DNA of 54,578 bases from a virus (taxonomy: Duplodnaviria; Caudoviricetes), in the IMG/VR virus record IMGVR_UViG_3300009180_002134, positions 1 to 54,578 of that record; one strand, 5' to 3'. This document shows, one piece after another, positions 45,301 to 52,235 of the stretch. The position numbers and the translations under genes are program-made. The first letter of the stretch is position 1. The number at the start of each line of letters is the position of its first letter. The notes below the pieces were generated by a model. That model worked only from the letters and a program-made list of their open reading frames with translations. It ran no database searches and had not been told where the DNA came from.

Positions 45301-47879
45301 ATTTCAGAAGTTATAGGTTGAGGAAGGGGCATGTTTGATGATATAACATCTGAAGGTAAATCAAGTGATTCATCTATAACACCACCGTATGCATACTTTT
45401 TTTCTTTTGTGTTCCCATAAAAACTTGCATGAACATGATCAGTGTGTGGATCATTACCGTTCTGTTTATTTGGTGTGTATGTTTGCCATCCACTATTAGG
45501 ACTCCATATTCTTCTATTAAATATTAAATATTTAATGTTTCTATCAGAAGCTTCATTAATAAGCTTCTGTGCTATTTGATTACCTGCTGTTATACTGTTT
45601 ATACCTATATCTAAAGCATTCCCAGTATTATGATCACTTGTTCTTAGTTTATGTTTCCAATCACCTCCTATACCTAAATTAGTAACCCCTTTAAACTTAG
45701 TAGAAATATCATCCCATGTTTTTTGAGCCATTGGATTCACTTCAAAAGAACTAGATGTATTATTTTGAGGTTCAGCTTTTCTTTTTTTAGTAAAATTAAA
45801 TATAATATCAGGATCAATTTGTTCTCCTTGAGGATTTCTATATGTAAAATGTAAATGTGGTCCATTTGAATTACCAGTGTTACCAGATAAAGCTACAATC
45901 TGTCCTTTAGCAACAGGATCCCCTATATTAACTTTATACCCATTTAAATGAGCATATCCTGTTTTTGATCCATCAGAGTGTTGTATAATAAGTTGATTAC
46001 CACCTTGAGGATTTTGATATATACTTTTTACTACACCATCCATTGGTGCATATATATTTGTATTAACACCTACTGCTAAGTCAATACCATTATGTTCACT
46101 AGACGCAAATCCTTGTGGTCCTTTAGGAGCTTTTCTACGACCATATCCACTAGTTACTACAAAGTTTTTTAAAGGAGAAAATAAACCTTCTCCTACTGGA
46201 TAACTTTCTCCACTTGTTTCAGAAGAAGCAGGTGCTGATGAAGTTTCTGGTGCAACTTGTGGTGCAGGAGTTGGTGTAGATGTTATCTGAATCATTTCAG
46301 AAGGAAGACTTAGCTCATCATCAATAGCTCCACCAAAAGCTCTTATCTTCATTCCAGGATTGTTCATGTAACGACCCTCATTAGTAAAACCTTGTTCAGG
46401 TTGTCTAAATGCACCATATGAACTACCTGTTACACTATAGTTACCACGATTACCACTTCTATTAGCTGGAACTACAGCTGCAGAATTAAATCTTTGATTT
46501 CTAGCCCATTGATCATAATCTTTTTGTTTATTTCTATCACCTATAAACTGACCTACAACACCAAGCTTATCTGTCATTCCTTTAAAAGCCTCTACACCAG
46601 CATTAAACTTATTTGTTTTTACACCTATTTGATCAAAGAATGTTTTAGGTTTAACAACGTTTGACTGATCATGTTCATATCCTTTTCTTGCTTCCCTTCT
46701 TCTTTCTCTTTTAGATAAATCTAATGAAACACGTGGTATATAATCAGGACTATTAGGATCATCATTACTACTTGTAATATTAGTAGTTGTATTATTAGTA
46801 GTTGTAGTACCAGTTTGTGTTGTATTAGTAGTTTGTGCTGCAGGTTCTGTAGTTGCAGGAACTGTAGTAGCAGTAGGCTCTATAGTTGGTACAGTAGTTA
46901 CAGGCTCTGTACTTGGTACTGTGGTTATAGGTGCTGTAGTTGTAGGTTGTTCAGTTGATACTACAGGTTGTTGATCTGGAGGTGGAGTAACTACAGGTGT
47001 TGTAACCTTTCCTGTTTCATCTTTATTACCATTAATTGTTGGCACTGTAGTTGAAGCTGTAGGAGCATTTGGATCTTGTCTATTTTTAAACTTACCTCCA
47101 TAGTTTGGAAGACCATATCTTTGATACCAAGATAATGTAGCAGGATTTTCAACAGACCCTGTTCCATCATTACTAGCAACAAACTTTCCATTAACAATAT
47201 TACCTCTGTTTGTATTACTGTAAAAAAACTGTCTACCTTGATTCATCAAATTTCTTTGTTGATCAACTGGAAGAGTTGTTATTTTATCTTTATATTGATC
47301 ATAGATAGTATTGAATGCAGTTTCTTTAGTTGGATCTGTCCATACACCAGCTTTATTAGCAGCTCTAAAACCACCTCTTCCTGATAAACCAGCTGCATTT
47401 CCTTCAACAGTTTTTATATATTGATCTAACATATAAATTCTAGGATCTACCCCAGCATTATATAATAAATCACCAGCTTCAGTTCTTATACCAGGATTAA
47501 ACTGTTCAAGATCTGTTCCATAATCTTGATTAAAAGTATTATACCAAGATTCATAATCTGTTGGATTAGGAGCTGTATAATCTGCAGGAGCAGGTTGTCC
47601 TGTACGGGCATCCATAGTTTTACCAGTGGCATCATCAGTATAATACCCTCTTCTATTATTATACCCATAGTTACCTAAACCATATGCTTGATTTTTATTT
47701 TGATCATATCCACCCACTGTACCTTCTGTATCAAAAATCTGTTCATACGGTCTTATCTTAACACACTTAGTTCCATCCCAATATTCATCATCAGCACAGC
47801 CATTAATCTGTGTACCATACTCAGCTTTTGGTAATCCTGTAATTCTAATTTTTCTATATCCAGTAATTTTTACTTTCAT
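42378..47879 (-). CDS. Modular virion protein (1833 aa): Thr/Pro linker, M23 peptidase, second His-rich metallopeptidase-like domain, lysozyme-like NPGN domain, Zn ribbon, Q/M-rich region; xGG linkers
   Basis: HNGIDL/GYAHL/GPHLHF (M23); SDHNTGNALD...HTDHVHASF; HYNPGNI...FPDMETG; CSNC..CHKC; NVEAEEGE..GKKHTQGG. Confidence 0.8.
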   Translation of the reverse strand: MKVKITGYRKIRITGLPKAEYGTQINGCADDEYWDGTKCVKIRPYEQIFDTEGTVGGYDQNKNQAYGLGNYGYNNRRGYYTDDATGKTMDARTGQPAPADYTAPNPTDYESWYNTFNQDYGTDLEQFNPGIRTEAGDLLYNAGVDPRIYMLDQYIKTVEGNAAGLSGRGGFRAANKAGVWTDPTKETAFNTIYDQYKDKITTLPVDQQRNLMNQGRQFFYSNTNRGNIVNGKFVASNDGTGSVENPATLSWYQRYGLPNYGGKFKNRQDPNAPTASTTVPTINGNKDETGKVTTPVVTPPPDQQPVVSTEQPTTTAPITTVPSTEPVTTVPTIEPTATTVPATTEPAAQTTNTTQTGTTTTNNTTTNITSSNDDPNSPDYIPRVSLDLSKRERRREARKGYEHDQSNVVKPKTFFDQIGVKTNKFNAGVEAFKGMTDKLGVVGQFIGDRNKQKDYDQWARNQRFNSAAVVPANRSGNRGNYSVTGSSYGAFRQPEQGFTNEGRYMNNPGMKIRAFGGAIDDELSLPSEMIQITSTPTPAPQVAPETSSAPASSETSGESYPVGEGLFSPLKNFVVTSGYGRRKAPKGPQGFASSEHNGIDLAVGVNTNIYAPMDGVVKSIYQNPQGGNQLIIQHSDGSKTGYAHLNGYKVNIGDPVAKGQIVALSGNTGNSNGPHLHFTYRNPQGEQIDPDIIFNFTKKRKAEPQNNTSSSFEVNPMAQKTWDDISTKFKGVTNLGIGGDWKHKLRTSDHNTGNALDIGINSITAGNQIAQKLINEASDRNIKYLIFNRRIWSPNSGWQTYTPNKQNGNDPHTDHVHASFYGNTKEKKYAYGGVIDESLDLPSDVISSNMPLPQPITSEIPQAYQAPVTSVERTQAEEGPLPSSWEHYNPGNIHYGEFAKTYNAKIGRKDSDGRVAIFPDMETGMQAMKDLIFGEGYKNLTVSQARNRWVNGKPTVTTVSTMPIVKAMGGDFKLRDLNEEERNKLVAEFIKWEDRRVYDRLKKQKVIFAEGGSVDEITCSNCGWSWTADESDPSDVNVCHKCGFNNNTIDNDMKIRITGGPKQMAYGGQSGYGFDLGQRNTYSAMSQNPYENSSKTLGPVPRDQANVEAEEGETVFGDIDKDGQREHMLIGGKKHTQGGTPLNVPEGSFIFSDTKKMRIKDPEVLNFFGLKPIKEGYTPAEIAKRYDVNKYKAILQDPLADAIKKRTAQLMMENYEKKLGYLALIQESMKGFPQGLPKIAEEVLGTTKQGQQALQNQGQQQMPQQGQEEMPQEEMMPPQEMPQQGMEEQMMEAPEEEQGEEMPPMQMYGGSPYAYGGTFAFNDGTYIPQDYGEMAYGGNVQYADEGTEVGNRKKKKVKTKDKGEVEAEVYPKGSIPTGYVPYPGSVDLWWIPGKPGSLKKGTIHKGRKIGGGGRAIKGCENLLYTIADTKARPNCYKTFLETENWKNAPLEEQIKALKELAKGQRLTYQSPDIEEPGTDPQYATIEDTPPPVTTPPKYKWRCTENGPVKVDVSKAGPEEGFSDPITHEWVTSDMMGYGDESQGGPYYETKEEAEKVCKPEKPKTPPSLIPPPIFPGMPPNFDSAAAIGPKKYHPWAARLEQYMPNPAFLSPERELAENAGLATAMSRGYTGSPQQYAAMANAAQQGAVGNAANIIARVSNQNVGIANQYSPLQAGIMNDMMKYDANRQDILHQNENMYDKEYRNTWRKWLTDRDKVKKGMYEYVTKRNILNATNPYYNVIDTPQGGMIQMRPGVGAYNTIIGPGATASTAASYRQRLDEYKQAGYSDGQIKLLLDQEFGPSRGGSRSSDVNAWNQAYINNTRNVTGSNDDDNS

Positions 47880-47888
47880 AAGTGTATA

Positions 47889-48548
47889 TTAACGTACATA
47901 TTCAAATGTATATCCACCCTCTTTTAATTTCTGAAGAAGTTCAGGAGTTGCTTCCATAGTTTGACCCACTACAATACCACCATCTGCATAATTACTTTTA
48001 GAAGTATTTTTTGCAAAGTTAGCTTTTTTAGATGATGGTTTGTTATAAGTTCCACCTTTTGCATATTGATTATCACGATACATCATACCATTATTCATAG
48101 CACCACCATATCCCATATCTCCACCATACATCATAGGAGATTGTTGATTAAAATAACTAGGTTGTTCCATCATTGGTCCACCGTAAGCATACTCACCATA
48201 TGTAGGAACATATGCTCCTCCATAGTTATAATATTGATTACCACTGAATGAACCATCGTCATAAGATCCACCGTAAGCATATGCACCACCATACATCATA
48301 GGAGGTTGTCCTTGTTGAGCCATCATTTGTTGCTGCATTCTAGGATCCATACCACCCTGCTGTTCTTCTTGACCTCCACCTTGTAAAGCTTCAACCATTT
48401 GAGCTAATGCTTGTTGTTGCTGTTCAGGCTTCATCTGCTGAAGTTGTTCAATTATTTTTCTAGGGTCAGTCTGTGTAGCCTGAGCATAAGCTTGTATGAT
48501 TTGCATGATCTGTTCTTGTTGACCACCACCACCTTGTTGATTTTGCAT
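47889..48548 (-). CDS. Low-complexity Q/M/G/Y-rich protein with YGG repeats
   Basis: Gln-rich N-terminal half, about 8 xGG motifs, C-terminal EATPELLQKLKEGGYTFE. Confidence 0.75.
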   Translation of the reverse strand: MQNQQGGGGQQEQIMQIIQAYAQATQTDPRKIIEQLQQMKPEQQQQALAQMVEALQGGGQEEQQGGMDPRMQQQMMAQQGQPPMMYGGAYAYGGSYDDGSFSGNQYYNYGGAYVPTYGEYAYGGPMMEQPSYFNQQSPMMYGGDMGYGGAMNNGMMYRDNQYAKGGTYNKPSSKKANFAKNTSKSNYADGGIVVGQTMEATPELLQKLKEGGYTFEYVR

Positions 48549-48587
48549 ATTAAATGTTTTAACTATTGTTTATAATGAGAAGGGTTA

Positions 48588-51500
48588 CTAATCTAATTTA
48601 CGTTTTTTTTGTGGTTTCACCATAGAATCCATCAAGTTTCTTGGAGCTTGTCCACCAAATTTATTATAATAAAATTGTAATAATGGACTATTTTGTCTTG
48701 GTAATTGTGGAATAGAGATATCACCTCCATAAGCTTTCTTTTCATAAGAAGAAACATCTGAATATTTACTTGATACATTATTAGCAGGATTATTATAAAA
48801 TGCTTCTGCTTCTTCATTATTATCAAAATGTTTTGTCTGAGTTTTTTTAGCAATAGGATCAAAGTATTCTACATTCCATCCAACACTAGTATTAGTGGAA
48901 GGTGTTTCATTATATGAACCAGACATTGGAATATCCAACTTAGGGAATTTTCTTTCTTGTATTTGAAAATTCATAGTGGGTTGTGGTATAGGTATTTTAG
49001 TAGCTGGTACAAATGGTGTCAAATGTAATTTAGGTTCTGATTTAGGTTTTACATTAACTTTTGGTTTTTCTTTAAGTTTAGGTTTAAGAGCAGGATCGTA
49101 AGGAGTTCCTTTAGGTCCGTATTTCTTAAGTCTTTCTTGTTGTTGTTTAGGTTTAAGTGTATTCCATGGAGCAACATATATAGGATCATACTGAGGTAAT
49201 TCTACTATATCTGATGTAATGTACTGGTTTGCTTTGTTTACACCATCTGGCCATAAGTTACTGCTTGGTGATAGGTTTCTTCCCTCAGCACTAATCAAAT
49301 AATTTGGTTGTATTCTTCTATCGTATACACCAATAGGAATATTTTTATTTATAAAACCTACAGTGAGTTCTCTTTGATCAAATTTATTTTTATCAATATT
49401 TTTATAATATTCTTTTGATTTTTTCAGTCTATCATTTGATTGTCTTGTATTTTCTAACTCACTAAGAATTTTTTTTCTATCAAGAGAAAAAGGATCTTTT
49501 ACAATCTTATAGTTAGGATTATTTTTAAACCAATTTTGTTGAGCTAATGCTCCTTGATAAAGTCTAAGACTATCTGCTTGAGTAGCTGTTCCATATCCTG
49601 GAGGACATTGACAATTAAATTCTGGACATGGGCAATCTTCCCCACCTTCATCAAATCTAGGAACTCCCATTCCTACATTGTAATATCCTTGGTTAGATGC
49701 TACACCACCTTCTTTCTTTTTATTTAATGTTGAAGCTCCTGAAATAAGTCCTGAACCAATACCCACACCTGCTGCAGTTTGTCCAATCTTTTTCCAATCT
49801 AAAACTCTAGGTGCTGGTGTATATGTACCAAAACTTAAAGTTTCAGCAAGTGGATCACTTGCTTGACTACTTGCTTTAGTAATGTTTTGATAGTTAGGTG
49901 TGTATGTTGGTCCAGCAGAAGGTTTAGTAAAGTATTGTCTAGGATTTGTAAACATTTCACTACTTCCAAACAATGATGATTGTTTAGGAGTTGTTCCAAT
50001 AGATGAAGATATAGGTTTAAGTCCTCTTGGTCCTAATAAACTTTCTATAGATGGTGTATGACCATATTGTCTATTCAACCAATATCTTGTATTAGAATCA
50101 AATAATTTTCCTGTTTCAGGATCAAAGAGTATTCCTTTACCTTGTTCTAAGGAAGTCTCAGGAGCAAGTTTAGGGATTCTTTTATAGAAAAAATCTTGAA
50201 AAGGAGTTATTTTTAAATCATCTTTTAAGTTTTTCATTTTATGAGCAACATCTTCAAAAGATCTAGTTGGTACAAGTCTATCTGCAACATTAGCATTATA
50301 AAACTCATCTGCTTTAGTAACAGGATTATATCTACTAAAAGTTTTATTTTGAATAATTGCTTCTCCAAGATCTGTAGGAGCTGAAGGTTTTATAAATCTT
50401 CTAACTCCTGGAAGGTTTGCAAATTCTAATAATGGTAAAGCATCTGCAACATTTCCTACAAAGTTTAAAGCTCTTGCATTTGTACCAGCATCACCAAATG
50501 GAGATTTAAATTCTGACATAGTTTGACCAGGTAAAAGCGTACTCTCATTTAACTTATGACTACCATATGCTAATAAATTACCTGTTCCTTGTAAAACATC
50601 TTGAGTAGTTTGAAAAGGATCTGAAACAAATTGTTTAGTGGCATTACCTGCTCCTTTCAACCATGTAAATGGAGATAGCGTATTTATAATACTAGAAGAA
50701 CCTCCCATATTCTCAGCAGCTGCACTTAAATTACTAGGAACATACCCCATCTTATTATATGCTCTAATTGCTGTTCCCGGATGTGTTATTATATCCAATA
50801 TTTTATTAACAGGTGATTGAGTATATCCTTGTCTAAATTGTGCTTGATTCTGATTAGATAATGATGTCTCTAACATATCCTTTCTAAGCAACGCACGTTT
50901 TTGATCCTCTGTTAGTTTGCTATTCACTACAAATGGTTTACTTGTAGGAAATACAACTTTTCCATCAGGAAGTTGCTGAACAAGTTTTCCTGATTCATAT
51001 AGTTCTTTATACAATTTAGATGCTATATCAATACATCCTGTACCTTCTAAATATATTTGACCTGGTTTACATTTAACCTCATCACCATCTTTAGCTTTTA
51101 CTAATCCTCCATTTTTAAAGTTTAAACCTTGTCTAAGAGGAGCAGATCCAATGGGATAATTATTCGTTGAATTAAGATTTGGTTTTGGAAAAATAGATTT
51201 ACCACCATTGTCAATATACTGCTCATATGCTCTAGCTTCACCTTCTAATGTAGATGGGTCTTCATATATACGATCTTCAGCCCCTACAAAAGGTTTTCTT
51301 CCTTTTGCATCTGGTTTAGATCCAGCAATTAATCTATTTCTTGGTATAAACTGTAATTCTGGATTAGCTTGTATCATTTTATTCATTTCATTATTCACTT
51401 CTTGTCCTCTTCTTTCTCTTGGATTTTTACCTGTTAAAGTTTGATAATGATGATATTGTTCATGTCCCATCCACCAAGGATTATTAACATTTTCAATTTG

Positions 51501-52232
51501 ACTATTAGGATCATACCAAATAGTATTGTCACTATATCCATAATGACCTTCTGGATTTTGTCCTGCAACATATTTAGGTTCTGCAAAATTAATTACAGGA
51601 AAAAAAGGTTTCTTAGGACCTGGTCCAGATTGACCACCATTTTTATAATAAAGAGGTGAAGGTCTATTAACTCCAGACATAAATCTACTTGCATCTAAAT
51701 GTTCACGTCTACCTGGTTCTTCAGCAAATATTCTGTTATAATAACTAGGACCATACATATCTGCTGATTGTTTAGATGGTTGATATCCACTTTTTTCAGT
51801 CCAGTTACCACCATAAAAACCATCTACACCATGATAGTTAGATTGATTACTAAATGTAGGATGATTTGGTTTTTTCCATTTATCACTTCCATGACCATTT
51901 TCATCCGTCTTTTTATAATCTCCAGACTTCCAAAAACCTTGTACATCATATGCACCCTTATCCATCATAATATCTCTACCTTGTCTTTTAGATTCTTCAG
52001 CAGCCCATTCACTAAACTCTTTCTGTTCTTTTTTAGTTAATGATGTATTGAATCTATCTGTATACATCATTTCAGGATCTTGCTGTGGTAAGAAAGATAT
52101 AGGACCTGGTCCTTTAGTACCACCTTCCTTAAACATTTCACCATGGTTCATCTTACCGGCCATGTAATCCACCATTGGACCACCATATGCTAATTCAGGA
52201 GTTTCCCATCCTACAATTTTTATTTTATGCAT
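48588..52232 (-). CDS. Modular virion protein (1214 aa) with xGG linkers, a 'KKPNHPTFS' domain and a zincin-like domain
   Basis: YDVQG..GHGSDKWKKPNHPTFS; GHEQYHHYQ...EGEAR; Cys-paired mini-modules; 8 xGG linkers. Confidence 0.7.
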   Translation of the reverse strand: MHKIKIVGWETPELAYGGPMVDYMAGKMNHGEMFKEGGTKGPGPISFLPQQDPEMMYTDRFNTSLTKKEQKEFSEWAAEESKRQGRDIMMDKGAYDVQGFWKSGDYKKTDENGHGSDKWKKPNHPTFSNQSNYHGVDGFYGGNWTEKSGYQPSKQSADMYGPSYYNRIFAEEPGRREHLDASRFMSGVNRPSPLYYKNGGQSGPGPKKPFFPVINFAEPKYVAGQNPEGHYGYSDNTIWYDPNSQIENVNNPWWMGHEQYHHYQTLTGKNPRERRGQEVNNEMNKMIQANPELQFIPRNRLIAGSKPDAKGRKPFVGAEDRIYEDPSTLEGEARAYEQYIDNGGKSIFPKPNLNSTNNYPIGSAPLRQGLNFKNGGLVKAKDGDEVKCKPGQIYLEGTGCIDIASKLYKELYESGKLVQQLPDGKVVFPTSKPFVVNSKLTEDQKRALLRKDMLETSLSNQNQAQFRQGYTQSPVNKILDIITHPGTAIRAYNKMGYVPSNLSAAAENMGGSSSIINTLSPFTWLKGAGNATKQFVSDPFQTTQDVLQGTGNLLAYGSHKLNESTLLPGQTMSEFKSPFGDAGTNARALNFVGNVADALPLLEFANLPGVRRFIKPSAPTDLGEAIIQNKTFSRYNPVTKADEFYNANVADRLVPTRSFEDVAHKMKNLKDDLKITPFQDFFYKRIPKLAPETSLEQGKGILFDPETGKLFDSNTRYWLNRQYGHTPSIESLLGPRGLKPISSSIGTTPKQSSLFGSSEMFTNPRQYFTKPSAGPTYTPNYQNITKASSQASDPLAETLSFGTYTPAPRVLDWKKIGQTAAGVGIGSGLISGASTLNKKKEGGVASNQGYYNVGMGVPRFDEGGEDCPCPEFNCQCPPGYGTATQADSLRLYQGALAQQNWFKNNPNYKIVKDPFSLDRKKILSELENTRQSNDRLKKSKEYYKNIDKNKFDQRELTVGFINKNIPIGVYDRRIQPNYLISAEGRNLSPSSNLWPDGVNKANQYITSDIVELPQYDPIYVAPWNTLKPKQQQERLKKYGPKGTPYDPALKPKLKEKPKVNVKPKSEPKLHLTPFVPATKIPIPQPTMNFQIQERKFPKLDIPMSGSYNETPSTNTSVGWNVEYFDPIAKKTQTKHFDNNEEAEAFYNNPANNVSSKYSDVSSYEKKAYGGDISIPQLPRQNSPLLQFYYNKFGGQAPRNLMDSMVKPQKKRKLD

Positions 52233-52235
52233 AAC

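Noticed and set aside
46760-47060. Thr/Pro-rich quasi-repeats (TTVPxTEP) as a DNA repeat element
   Set aside because: Degenerate at DNA level; explained as a flexible protein linker
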